From: Okamejei kenojei
Taxonomy: Eukaryota
NCBI GenBank assembly: GCA_035221665.1
Contig: CM069131.1
Span: 67,952,001-68,016,000, forward strand
Direction: 5' to 3'
Length of the DNA: 64,000 bases
This document shows, one piece after another, positions 1 to 12,780 of this stretch (positions are counted from its first letter, which is position 1; each line of letters starts with the position of its first letter). Made by a program: the position numbers and the translations under genes. The notes beneath the pieces are model-generated. The model was not told the origin of the DNA. It saw only the letters and a program-made list of their open reading frames with translations, and did no database searches.

Positions 1-500
1 TGGGAAGGCAGAAGAAGACTGCTGAAGGAGAGACTTCCAACCATCATGCAGACGGATCCAGATATCGTCAAGGACTGTGTGGGGTCCATCTCCGCACATT
101 AAAAGATGCCGTGCATTGGCGTCCACCTGGATGTACATACCACTTAAAGTCCAACTTCAGGATCAGCCTCGTCAGCCTTCTCATGACCAAAAGAAAGGAC
201 CCACCAGGAGGACAATCATACTTGTTTTCAAGTGACTCACCGATGACAGTTTAAGTGTAACTGCTTCATTGATATGGATGACCAGTGCAGAAATAGTTTT
301 GGGATATAGGAAGATTAAAAATGGTCCAGCAGTGCCTGAGGACACAGGAAGTCTCACAGGATACTGCAGGTTCCCATTAACGCCTGAGTGAACTGTACCT
401 CAGCTTGTCCTACATTGAATTAGAAGGTTAAGATAGGGGCCTCAAGTAACTTTTTTTTAAAACACCATCCTTGCTGGTGTTATTTTGAGCCACTACATAC

Positions 501-530
501 ATAGAGAGAGAGAGAGAGAGAGAGAGAGCG
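501..530. repeat. (GA)n microsatellite
   Basis: Uninterrupted agagag... run seen directly. Confidence 0.95.
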
Positions 531-660
531 AGTGACAAAGGAACATTTGACTTTCACCCATCGGCTGTGGTTAAATGATAAATTATGGCAATTTTAAACA
601 CAGAACCAAAGAACCAGAGAAGGAATATAGGTGAGAAAATCACCAGAGAAGCCAAGAAGG

Positions 661-745
661 CATCCACATTACTGCAAGTCACATGCCACCTTTACCTGGT
701 CAGCACAAACCTGTAAGTGGCATGTGACTTGCAGCAATGGGGATG
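661..745. other. 85-nt inverted repeat / hairpin (29-bp arms, 2 mismatches)
   Basis: 661-689 catccacattactgcaagtcacatgccac versus the reverse complement of 717-745, catccccattgctgcaagtcacatgccac. Confidence 0.9.
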
Positions 746-1283
746 AATCTTAAATGACTGAGTCCATCACTCAGTTGCATAACTGTGGTGTTAAAAACAA
801 AAAACAAAAAAAAAAATGGATGAACCAACTGACGTTGATCTTGCCTCAAAAACTAACAAAGTTATCCTGCTTTGGGATCTGCTGTCTAAATTGTTAACAA
901 CTCTAAACGTGAAGGGCACAAGATGATGCCAGGAATGTGGTGACTCTGGAATATTGTCACAGTGTAATCTACTTTCTTATATTTAGTACTTAAGTATGAA
1001 TGTGCCTGTGTTTAGTAAGATGTTTACTGAATTTTATGCAATAAATGAATTTCAATAAACCTAGATACGTGTAACAATAAAATACCATTGAGACATTCAT
1101 ATCCCATAGAATGGTCACAGTTGCACACAAGAGAATGTACACAGGATTCCTTATGTCACTGCCCGTGGGAAAGTCTTGTCCCATTGTTGGGACAAATCTA
1201 TACGGTCAGCAGGGAGTCAAGCTGTGCCACTGCGTTGGATATCCTTAACAATGATGCCAGTTCCATGTCTCATGTCATGTAAC

Positions 1284-4200
1284 AATAGACAATAGGTGCA
1301 GGAGCTGGCCATTCAGCCCTTCGAGCCATCACCAGCCATTCACTGTGATCATGGCTGATCATCCACAATAAGTACCCTGTTCCTGCCTTCTCCCCTTATC
1401 CCTTCATTCCGCTATATTAAAGAGCTCTATATAACTCCTTACAACAAGAGGAATTGAATAAAGAGATCCTTCTGCAGTTGTACAGAGCCCTAGTGCGACC
1501 ACACCTGAGTATTGTGTGCAGTTTTGGTTCCCTAATTTGAAGAAAGACATTCTTGCTATTGAGGGAGTGCAGCATATGTTTACAAGGTTAATTCCCGGGA
1601 TGGCGGGGACTGTCATATGCTGAGAGAAACGGAGCAGCTTGGCTTGTACACTCTGGAGTTTAGAAGGATGAGAGGCAGAAAAACATGTTCCCGATGTGGG
1701 GGGAGTCCAGAACCAGGGGCCACAGTTTTAAGAATAAGGTGTAAGCCATTTAGAACGGAGACGAAGAAACACTTTTTCTCACAGAGAGTGGTGAGTCTGT
1801 GGAAGTTTCTGCCTCAGAAGGCGGGGAGGCAGGTTCTCAGGATGCTTTCAAAAGAGAGCTAGATAGGGCTAGATAGGGCTCTTAAAAATAGTGGAGTCAG
1901 GAGATATGGGGAGAAGGCAGGAACGGTGTCTTGAAGGCGACCAGAGAATTGGCCTCCACTGCCTTCTGAGGCATAGAATTCCACAGATTCACAACTTTCT
2001 GGGTGAAAAGGTTTTTCCTCGTCTCCGTTCTAAATTGCCTACCCCTTATTCTTAAACTGTGGCCCCTGGTTCTGGACTCCCCCAACATCGGGAACATGTT
2101 TCCTGCCTCTAGCGTGTCCAAACCCTTAATAATCTTATATGTTTCAATAAGATATCCTCTCATCCTTCTAACACCAGAGTATACAAGCCCAGCCGCTCCA
2201 TTCTCTCAGCATATGGCAGTCCCGCCATCCCAGGTTTAACCTTGTAAACCTACGTTGCACTCCTCAATAGCAAGAATGTCCTTCCTCAAATTAGGGGACC
2301 AAAACTGCACACTATACTCCAGGTGTGGTCTCACTGCAGAAGGACCTCTTTACTCCTATACTCAACTCCTCTTCTTAAGAAGGCCAACATGCCATTAGCT
2401 TTCTTCACTGCCTGCTGTACCTGCATGCTTACTTTCAGTGACTAATGAACAAGGACCCCCAGATCTCGTTATACTTTCCCCTTTGCCCAACTTGACACCA
2501 TTCAGACCATAATTTGCCTTCCTGTTTTTGCCACCAAAGTGACTAACCACACATTTATCCACATTAAACTGCATCTGCCAGCATCTGCCACTCACCCAAA
2601 CCTGTCCAAGTCACCCTGCATCCTCATAGCATCCTCCTCACAGCTTTGTGTCATCTGCAAATTTGCTAATGTTACTTTTAATCCATTCATCTAAATCATT
2701 AATGTATATTGTAAATAGCTGCGGTCCCAGTACCGAGCTTAGCGGTACCCCACTAGTCACTGCCTGCCTATCCACTGGCTCTTCCTTGTCCATTTTCCGA
2801 GTTACATCCTCAACAAATTCCAGAAGATTAGTCAAGCATGATTTCCCCTTCGTAAATCCATGCTGACTTGGACCGATCCTGTTACTGCTATCCAAATGTG
2901 TCCCTATATCCAACTTGGACCCTATATCCAGGCTACTGCTTGGGGGCCTGTATATAACTCCTATTAGGGTCTTTTTATCCAAATGACTCCAGCATCTTGC
3001 CCACCACCGATGTCAGGCTAACTGGTCTATAATTCCCTGTTTTCTCTCTCCCACCTTTTAAGAAAGTGGGATAACATTAGCTACCCACAGCAACTGATCG
3101 TGAATCTAAAGAACAATGGAAAATGATCACCAATGCATCCACGATTTCTAGAGCTACTTCCTTAAGTAACCTGGCATGCAGACCATCAGGCCCTGGGGAT
3201 TTATCAGCCTTCAATCCCATTAGTCTACCCAACACCATTTCCTGCCTAATGTGAATTTCCTTTGGTTCCTCTATCACCCTAGATCCTCTGGCCACCAGAA
3301 CATCTGGGAGATTGTTTGTGTCTTCCCAAGTAAAGACAGATCCAAAGTACCTGTTCAAACTCGTCTGCCATTTCCCTTGTTCCCCATGATAAATTCACCT
3401 GTTTCTGTCTTCAAGGGTCGAACTTTAGTCTTAACTATTTTTTTTTCCTCTTCACATACCTAAAGAAGCTTTTATCCTCCTTTATAGTCTTGGCTAGCTT
3501 ACCTTCGTACCTCGTCATTCCCTGTATTTCCTTTTTAGTTATCTTGTGTTGCTCTTTAAAAAAATTCCCAATCCTTTGGCTTCCCACTCATCATTGCTAT
3601 ATTATACCTTCTCTTTTTAATTTTATACTGTCCTTGACTTCCCTTGTCAGCCACAGTCGTCCCTTACTCCCCTTAGATTCCTTCTTCCTCTTTGGAATGA
3701 ACTGATCCTGCACCTTTTGCATTATTCCCAGAAATACCTGCCATTGTTGTTCCACTGTCATCCCTGCTAGGGTATCTTTCCAGTCAACTTTGGCCAGCTC
3801 CTTCCTCATGGCTCCATAGTCCCTTTATTGAACTGTAACACTGACACTTCCGATTTTCCCTTCTCCCTCTCAAATCGTAGATTAAAACTTATCATATTAT
3901 GGTCACTACCTCCTAATGGCTCCTTTACCTCAAGTTCCCGTATCAAATTCGGTTCATTACACAAACACTAAATCTAGAATTGCCTTCTCCCTGGTAGGCT
4001 CCAGTATAAGCTGCTCTAAGAATTCATCTTGGAGGCACTTCACAAAGTCCCTTTCTTGGGGTCCAGTAACAACCTGATTTTCCAGTTGAAATCTCCCAGA
4101 ACAACATCAGCATTATCTTTGCGACGTGCCCAATTTTAACACGATTCAACTTGGACCCTATATCCAAGCTACTGTTTGGGGGCCTGTATAAACTCCTATT

Positions 4201-4478
4201 AGGGTCTTTTTATCCTTACAATTCCTCAGTTCTATCCATACTGACTCTACATCTCCTGATTCTATGTCACCTCTCGCAAGGGACTGAATTTCATTCCTCA
4301 CCAACAGAGCAACCCCACCCCCTCTGCCCACCTGGCTGTCTTTTCGATAGGACGTATACCCTTGAATATTCAGTTCACAGCCCTGGTTCTCTTGGAGCCA
4401 TGTCTCTGTAATTCCCACAACGTCATACTTGCCAATTTCTAACTGAGCCTCAAGCTCATCCACTTTATTTCTTATATG
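1284..4478 (-). mobile_element. CR1-clade LINE, internally deleted and frameshifted (APE endonuclease + RT + 3' UTR)
   Basis: Minus-strand peptides YDVVGITETWL and GGGVALLVR (APE); KSPGPDGLHARLLKE; [37 protein letters not shown] and KFADDTKL (RT); TRGHSLRI...VVNLWNSMP (C-terminus); CR1-type 3' tail at 1284-1437. Confidence 0.95.
1438..1928 (+). mobile_element. CR1 3' fragment nested in opposite orientation inside the minus-strand CR1
   Basis: Plus-strand LYRALVRPHxEYCVQFW-like sequence, FFSQRVVSLWKFLP and the start of the 3' UTR; the host element resumes on both sides. Confidence 0.85.
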
Positions 4479-5358
4479 TGGTCAATGATGCGGAAGGCAA
4501 ATTCTTATTGCCAATAACTATTCTTTCTCACCTGATGAATCGGTGCTTGTCCATGATGGAAGAAGAACTGAAAGTAGCAAGGACACAGCACAGACTCTGA
4601 ATGGGAATACGCTATCTGTCGTCCACAGCGGATTGATAACACGCCGGCTGCTGGTTGTGTCCTCTAGGACATGGATGTTAGAATGGGAGTGTGACATTTA
4701 TCAACTGTACCAACACGTGGAATAAACCAACTCAACCTGGTCTTTTATTTACATACATAAGATGTTTTTCTGTCCATATTGGCATTGGCAGGAATTACCA
4801 CTGTGTATTTGTTATGAAGATAAAGACTCATCTTTGTATCAAAGGCATCCATCTTGTTCTGTGGTTCTACAATTGTGCGAAATATGAATATACGTAACAG
4901 AGCTGGCAGCTCAAACCTTAGTATTCATGAAACCCTGCAGACCAATACAATCCGTCAACTCATGGCCCTGCATACCCTTTACTCAACTGTGGCAGTCAAT
5001 CCTAATGATCAACCCTGGTTAAGTAAGTGAGTAAGGGCATTCTGAGAGCAGCACCAAATCTAACTAAAGTGTGGTGCTATTAATGGTGCTGTCAAGTGAC
5101 ACAACTCACTGATGGACTGTTTGGTTTGCGCCAGAAATTTGGTGATTGACCTCATCACAATCTTGATCCAAATATGGACTAAACTTCTAACTCCCAGAAG
5201 TCCTTCACAGCATCACTTTAGGAGCACCTTCACTAGAACAAGTGCAGCCATTCAAGATATTGGCTCCTTACCACCTTCTCAAGGGCAATTAGATATGGGG
5301 ATTAAATGCTAATCGTTCTATAGACACCCACGTTTCAACAAATAGAAGTAAAAATAAG

Positions 5359-5490
5359 GCTGGAAAAACTCAGCGGGTGAGGCAGCATCTATGGAGCGAA
5401 GGAAATAGGCAACGTTTCGGGCCTCACCTGCTGAGTTTCTCCAGCATTTTTGTCTACCTTCGATTTTTCAGCATCTGCAGTTCCTTCTTA
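5359..5490. repeat. Short Penelope-terminus-derived repeat, fold-back copy
   Basis: gctggaaaaactcagcgggtgaggc ... gcctcacctgctgagtttctccagc inverted arms; same family as 24960-25055. Confidence 0.75.
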
Positions 5491-6299
5491 AACGTAAAAA
5501 TAAGGCTGTTGAGAAGGCAAAAAATCTGCAAAACAAATATGTCAATATACTACTATTCAATATTTAGAGAACAGGCAAGATACAAAACATCCTGAGGAGT
5601 ACGACATTGGAGTAAGTTTAATATATTTCAGTATTAGAAGAAAATTGATTACATCAACATTGTGCAGATGAATCTGGGCAATCCAGAGTGAGTAAAAATA
5701 TCAATCATATCATAGTAACTTGGAAGAGTGATGACATGGAGGCAGTGGAAACCTTTAAATTCTAAACTTATCAGCAATAACAAGATAAATGCACCTATTT
5801 CGAGCTGTTGAAACCACATATAAATTGTGATTAAATTAGAATTTGTCAATTACTTACTAATTATTACTAATTACATCGTAATGATATTTTGAAGCTTTCT
5901 CCCCCCACTACTCCAATCAGACTGAAGAATTATAGTGACCCGCAAAGTTGCATGTTCATTCCCTCCACAGATGCTGCCTGACCCGTTGAGTCCTCCAGCA
6001 CCTTGTGTCACCTCATTGATTCCAGCATCGGCAGTCGTTTGTGTCTCCCTAAGAATTAACGTGATGCTCATTAATTGTCTTTGTAACAGTACATATTTAT
6101 TTAGGAAATATGTTGGTATGTTGGTTACTTATGTTTATAGTATAATATCAATATATTGCTAATTATACTTTAGCTGCGCTAATAAAGAAATATTAGATTG
6201 TTGATACAGCCGTAGGTTAGTACTAGGGAGTTGGAACTTCGAAATAAGTTAAAAAGGAACATGAAAGTTAAAAATACGCAGAGTTTCCGCAGAGCTGCC

Positions 6300-7500
6300 A
6301 GTAATAGAATCATGTCGCAAACCATTTGGCCCACCTTATCCACAGTTATCAGTGGGCACCATTCCATATAATCACATCTCCTGGCACTTGGTCCATTGTC
6401 ATCTATGCCAAAGCAATTCAAGTGCTCAGGTAGACACTTCATAAATGCTCCAGGCAACTAGCTTCAGGGGTCTCTCACATTTCCTCTAAGTCTCTTCCCT
6501 CTTAATTTAAGTCTATCTCCTAGTTTTATCGACCTCTGATATGGGGAGAACTTCCTGTAGTTTACTCAATGTATCCTCCTCAACCACAGCCCCTCTAAAC
6601 CTCCTCTGCTCCAGGAAGAACAGATGTAGCCTCTCGACTTTCTCTGCTTCACTGAATTGCTCCATCCCAGGCAACATTCCTGCAAATCTCTTCAGCATTC
6701 ACTCCAGTACTATCACATCCTTCCTGGTGGCCAGTCCTGCAAACATGTCCTCCAAGTGAAGTCAGACCCTCTCCCTAGGAAATTTCTCCAGCATCTTCCC
6801 GACCAGTGTTAGGCTCAGAGGTCTATCATTCACTTTAGTTTTTCCCTCCTGCCTTTCTTTAAAAATGGGACCAGATTTCCTGAGCTCCAGTTATCTGTTA
6901 CTTCACTTGTGTCCAGCAAAACATTTGAAAATTACAGCATGGACATCAGCAATCTGTTCCTTTGTCTCCAATGGTAGCTGGGATCAATTCCACTGGTTGG
7001 GCATTTTTATTCACCATTAAGCTGGCTCGGCATCAAATACCTGCTGTTTATTTATGGACACCTGCTCTGAACTTTCATCATCCCCTTCACTGAGTTTCTC
7101 CAAATGCAAGTACTTATTCCTTTGTAAATACTAATTTAAAAAAAACTTAGGACCACACCTGTATCTTCTGACACCACACACAGCTTGCTTCTGTTGTCCC
7201 CCAACGTGCCATGCTTTTCCCCATGATATTATTTTGTCCTTAATATACATAGAATGTATATTAATTTAGCTTAATTCCTTTTGTCAGTGATTCTTTGTGG
7301 ACACCTCTTAGCCTTCTTAATTTATTTTTAAGTGTCTCCCTACTCTTGGTATATTCTGATGAGCCTCTCCCATTATGAATTCCCTCTACCTGCCATATGC
7401 TTCCTTTTTTCCCTGTTTCATCCAACCCTCACTAACCATCAATATCTAAGGTCCTTATTCTTGTTACCCTGATTTTCACCCTGATAGGAATAATTTGGTC
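6300..7500 (-). mobile_element. Old degenerate CR1-like LINE fragments
   Basis: ORF 6513-6698 KRFAGMLPGMEQFSEAEKVERLHLFFLEQRRFRG resembles the CR1 ORF2 C-terminal region; boundaries approximate. Confidence 0.6.
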
Positions 7501-7630
7501 TTGGCTATGTTTGCTTTGAATGTTCCTACTGTGCAGTCTCCAGAAGACGTTGGGCAGCAAATGGACCATGTAGAACAGCAGCCAGTGAGAACCACATCCA
7601 GCGAAGGGCTACTCTGAAGGCTCCAACTAA

Positions 7631-7935
7631 GGGCGGCACAGCGGTAGAGTTGCTGCCTTACAGCGCCAGAGACACGATTTTGATCCTGATATGGGTGCTG
7701 TCTGTACGGAGTTTGTGCATTCTCCCCGTGACCGCATGGGTTTTCTCCGAGATCTTCGGTTTTCTCCCACACTCCAAAGACATGGGTTAATTGGCTTGGG
7801 TTAGTATACTTGGTATAAGTGTAAATGTCCATAGTGTGTGTAGGCTTGTGTTAATGTGCAGGGATCGCTGGTCGGCGCAGACTCAGTCAGCTGAAGGGCT
7901 GTTTCCGCACTGAATCTCTAAAATAAACTAAATTA
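7631..7935 (+). mobile_element. HE1-like V-SINE
   Basis: tRNA-like head ggcggcacagcggtagagttgctgccttacagcgccagagac; V-domain ggagtttgtgcattctccccgtgaccgcatgggttttctcc...ctcccacactccaaagac; CR1-like tail ending taaaataaactaaa. Confidence 0.85.
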
Positions 7936-9584
7936 AGGGAACAAATAAGGGCAACTGCACCACCTGAGGCAGGAAACCAACTTTCATGAAGAGCAGAGAA
8001 TCCTCGACACTTGGAGCCAGTGAAAATTCCTATGACAACCCCCCAAGGAAAATGGTAGAGGGTTGAGTATATATGACCTGTTTACTGTGTATGTGTGTGT
8101 GTGTGTGAATAAAGCTGCATTTGCACAGGGACCCAACTGAGTTGTTTTGTTTGCCTCCAGAGTACAAAGCACCTGAATAAAGATCACTTAAAAGGGATAT
8201 TGCTAAAGTGCTCAGAAAAAGCAGGAGCAACAGCTTATAGCACCAGATAAACAGGTCACTGTCAGTTTCAATGGGAACAGGTAAACAAGTGGTACTTTGC
8301 GAAAATCTGCTAAGTCTGTGGAAGGGTCCTGACACAAAATGTCCACTATCCATTCTGTCCTCACGAACTGCTTGACCCGAGTTCCTTCAGCAGGTTGTGT
8401 TTTGCTTAAGAATCCGCTCATGTATTCTTGTAAATTGTTAGATTATGGCTGTCATTGATGCAGTGGATTGGAAACAATTTTAAAGCCGGCCAGCTCAAAA
8501 GACAACAACACTAGAATTCAAAGTGAGAGCAAGTTGTAAATCATTTCTGTACTGTCAATGCTATCACTTTCAAAAATCCTTTAAAAAAATTACACTACCG
8601 GTGGAAATTGGGAAAGTATGAAGAAAACAAAGACAATATTGATTGGAATACTTATCTAAACACCCCAAGACTGCAATTAAAGAGATTTTTTTAATAAAGA
8701 GGTTCCAGGAGGACGTAATAAAAATGGATAATCTCTAAATCTTGTTTCAATTTAAAAATAAGTATTTTGGTGTCCTCGATAGGAGAGCAAACATAATTTA
8801 GAAATTTTCAATAAACACATCAGAAGGAAACCACAGAAAAGAAACCAAAGGATGTGAGGAAATAGGAATTGTAATATTTTATGAAAGCAAGTCACAAAGA
8901 ACTATCAACAAGAAGCAGGAATTGAACTGTTGCCAAAAGTTGTGGGCAGCATTAAGCGGTTTGTATGCAAATGAATGAACAATCAAAACTGGACGGTGAA
9001 TGCATTGGAAAGTAGGCAAGATGCCACACTGTGGTGAGAAAGATTGAGAAATGTGTTTGACACTGGTCTTCACTGATATTGGTTCTGATGTGGATTCTTT
9101 GGTTCGTCTCCTGGCTTGCTGCTGTCATGGAACAAATGGTGGATGGATACAAATATCTGTGGCCAGCTGAATTTTGTATCCCATTGTCCTTCCCAATAGA
9201 TAGGAGCCAAAACCTTCAATGGGATTAAAAAATGGAATGGTACTACACCCAGCAAATTTTCTTGCAATTATTACATAGTAAAAATCACATCACATCCTAG
9301 TCGGACAGAATCCACCTTGTGATTCAGGACACCAGCTAACCCGGCACTGGAGCAGGCAGTTCAGAAGGATCCTGGCAGTAAATTCCTGCAGTAGACATTA
9401 GTCTTGGATTATGATTGTGGCATCTTTGAGGTTCCCTGTTTTTTTTATCCTCTTCCCAGTTCTGAATAATGAGATTGTGGATTAGTGATTGAAGCTTTTC
9501 ACTCGCTGAGTGTTAATATTTCAGTCAGAATAATGTCAGTTTCTGAGATTTTGTTATCTTTGTTGAGATATCATCTTTTTGATT

Positions 9585-9813
9585 ACCAATTTCACAACCC
9601 AATTCACGACCTCTGCCGAGTTTGCCCTTGACTCATACTCGCAGCATGGTCGTCACAAGGTCATAGGAGGTTGTAGGTAGGTCGTAGGTAGGTCGTGATG
9701 CTGGTCATAGGTACTCGTGGCATCAAGTAGGTCGGGGCATTTTCTAGCATGATGAAAAATGTCCACTAGTAAAAAAGGTTGTGAATTAGGTCATTAAAGT
9801 GGGACAGTCCCTT
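9585..9813. mobile_element. PIF/Harbinger-type MITE, left TIR eroded
   Basis: Right end aagtgggacagtccctta matches the TIR type at 32180-32411; sub-terminal aattcac(g/a)acct is present in inverted orientation at both ends. Confidence 0.55.
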
Positions 9814-10729
9814 AAAGGTCAGCCCATCACCCTAGGCTCTAAGCAGGGACATAGCTTGGGATCATTAACGGCTTTTGCGGTGCTGAAGAACCCTTGCATG
9901 TTATGGCCATCACTGAGCTTTTAGGCATCTTGCGTTCTCTCCACTCTCCATCTGCTAATCATTAACTCCTCCTTTTGCATTCTCTCTTCCCTCCATCTAC
10001 TATTCAGGAACCTCTAGTTTTTCTCCATCCTCCATCATTAACTCTTTTGAAAACATGAAAAGGTGGACTTAGGCTTACTATCCACAAGTCAAAGGTCCTC
10101 TACTACACTACAATGCCGAAGAATATAGACTCATGGTGAGACCAGGGGAACGTGGACCATATCTCGGAAGTCACTGCTCTATGAAGGCCATCATCAATAA
10201 TGAAATTCATTACCACCTTCAATGCACCAGAATGGACTTTGGTTGATTGAGAAAAAACTGCACAAAATCATGGTCTGTGGGCAGTAGTGATCCCTGCCCT
10301 CTGTACACATCTGAGATCTGGCCCCTCCTTATTGAAAGCACTTAAAAAAAATTCTAAACTGTCTGCGCAAAAGTCCCAAATCCATTTTATGGCTGTGTGA
10401 ACCAATGTCAGTGTCCTCTCCCATGCCAATATCACCGGCAATGACATCCCAGTTAGACACTCAGAGTTGGACAGGCCATATTGTTTGCATGCCTTAACAC
10501 TAGACTCCCAAAAGAAGCAAAAACAAGGAAACTGCAGATAGACACAAAATGCTGGAGTAACTCAGCGCGTCAGGCAGCATCCCTGGAGAACATGGACAAA
10601 TGACGTTTAGATCGGACCCTTCTTCACTCTTTTTTTTGCAGTGGGGGCAGATCAAAATGCAAAACAAAATGAACTGCAGATGCTGGTTTACAAATATTGA
10701 AATTACACAAAGTGAATTAAACAGGCAGG

Positions 10730-12001
10730 GCCCATCATGCAAACCAACCTCCCTTACCCATTGACTCCATCTACACTTCACGCTGCCTTGGCAAGTCAAA
10801 CAGCATGCTTAAGAATGAGCCTCACCCAGGACACTCCCTCTTCATCACCCCTCTCCCATCAGGCAAGAGGTACAGAAGTATGAAATCTCCTGATTCAGGA
10901 CAGTTTCTTCCCGCTGTTATCCACGGGTGGTGCCCGTAAGTGGCAGCCTCGCCAACAGCCTGTCTCATCCCTTTCTTCTTTTGTTGTCTTTAGTCTGTTT
11001 TTATTTGTATGATTTAAATGTACTTTAGGTTTTGTACTATAATGGGGGGGTGGGGTTTGGGGGAAACTTTTTTTATCTCTTCCCTCGACAGAGATGCAAC
11101 ATTGCTGCGTCGTATCTCTGTTCGCACTGTGGCCTTAACAATGCGGACCTGGTGGCGGTACCTTTCTTAGGGATCGATGTCGGGAGCTCCAACCGCAGGA
11201 GCTTCGATTGCCGACTGCGGGAGCTTCAAATCACCCTGACTGCAAATGTTTTGATCGTCCTGATCGCGGAAAGAAAAGGTAGGAAAGAAGGTAAAAGTAT
11301 ATTTGCCTTCATCACCGTGGGGAATGTGAGGTCGCCGAAAAAACAAGATAGACGTGTTGCCTGCGCAGGTGAGCACTCAAGGAGTGCTGTGAGTTCAGTG
11401 ATCTCAGTGCTTTGCCAGGGACATCACGTCATGAGAACATCCCAGAATCTAGCGCGAGTGTTGACCGCTTTCTGACTATCGGGCAGATAGAGACTGCAGA
11501 GAGTGACGGCAGTTGGTACAACTTTGACATCACGGTTAAGGGCGTTTGTGTGCCCAGACCATTGAACTGATGGCTGTGGGTCTCTGCTTATGCTGTGTGC
11601 CCTGGGGATTCTCGCAATGCCACTGTGGTGGCTGTTTATGTTTAATCTTTATGTATTTTTTGTATCTTGGCGCGTTTTGGTATGACCTATGATAAATCAA
11701 ATGTCACTGTACCTTGGTACACGTGACCAATAAGGACATTGAACTGTTGAACCATTGAGGCAAACTAACTATGTTATCACCAAATAGAGCAGTCCTGAGC
11801 TACCATCTATCTCTTTGGAGACTTATCTTTAATCGAACAATAATGGACTTTATCTTGCACAAAACGTTATTTCCTTTATTCCTGTATCTTATATATTGTG
11901 GACAGCTTGATTGTAATCATGTTTAGTCTTTCTGCTGACTGGAGAGCGCGTAACAAAAAAGCTTTTCACTGTACCTCATTGCACGTGACAAAAACTAAAC
12001 T
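10730..12001 (+). mobile_element. Rex1/Babar-like LINE 3' end interrupted by a second LINE-derived insertion (~10923-11757)
   Basis: gattcaggacagtttcttcccgctgttatc (FRDSFFPAVI-like) resumes at ~11758 and matches the family at 23488-23925; the insert carries ITVGNVRS (APE N-terminal-like motif) and its own tail. Confidence 0.6.
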
Positions 12002-12251
12002 TAAAAAGTGCTGGAGTAACACAGCGGGTCAATCAGCATCCCTGGAAAACATGAATACGTGCCATTTCGGTTCAGGGGTTTCTTCAGACACTAAAAGAGC
12101 CGTTCCATCTGAGAGACACAAGAGTGTATGGATACTAATGTCTGGAGCAAAAAACAAACTGATGGAGGAATCTCCATAGTCAACCAGCCTGTGTGGAGAG
12201 GAAGTGGATAGACAAACGTTTCGGATGGGAACCTTTCATCACGACTGTGTA

Positions 12252-12442
12252 GGAAGGAACTGCAGATGCTGGTTTACACCGAAGATAAGACACAAAATGC
12301 TGGAGTAACTCAGTGGGACAGGCAGCATCTCTGGAGTGAAGGAATGAGTGACGTTTCGGGTCGAGACCCTTCTTCAGACCCATTCATTCTCTCCAGAAAT
12401 GCTGCCAGTCCCGCTGAGGTACTCCAGCATTTTGTGTCTACC
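12252..12442 (-). repeat. Penelope-terminus-derived repeat with fold-back arms and hammerhead core
   Basis: ~59-bp inverted arms agacacaaaatgctggag...gaaggaatg / cattcattc...ctccagcattttgtgtct flank the hammerhead motif. Confidence 0.8.
12346..12381 (-). ncRNA. Minimal type I hammerhead ribozyme motif
   Basis: Minus strand reads GGGU-CUGAAGA-A-GGGU(CUCG)ACCC-GAAA-C-GUC-ACUC: both core boxes, 4-bp stem II, GUC triplet and stem I GGGU/ACUC; activity not shown. Confidence 0.65.
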
Positions 12443-12780
12443 TTCATCTCCTTTCTGAGCTTTGCCATGAGTAAAGATTACCAGGTGGATAGAGGTAGAT
12501 TTGAAGGACATGCTCAAAGCCTCGTTGAAGAAATGCATCATCCACTGACACCTGTGATTTATAGCTTTGTGACCATTCAATGGGAAAAAAGAGTCAAGAT
12601 GTTATTGCGAACCCTGAGGCCATGCATCAGGCATGCGCACAGAAGCTATGCATAAGATGTGGAAGAACACTCCCCTCCCCATACAAAGTTCCCACCTGCC
12701 AGGCAGGTCTGGCACCTCCATCAGTATGGTGAGTGCAGTTCACTCATTGATTTAGCCAGAATGCGCAGCAGAATGATAGA

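Noticed and set aside
350-409. QAEVQFTQ peptide after a signal-like exon, suggesting an Ig V segment
   Set aside because: A stop follows within ~20 codons; no conserved Cys/Trp pattern or RSS
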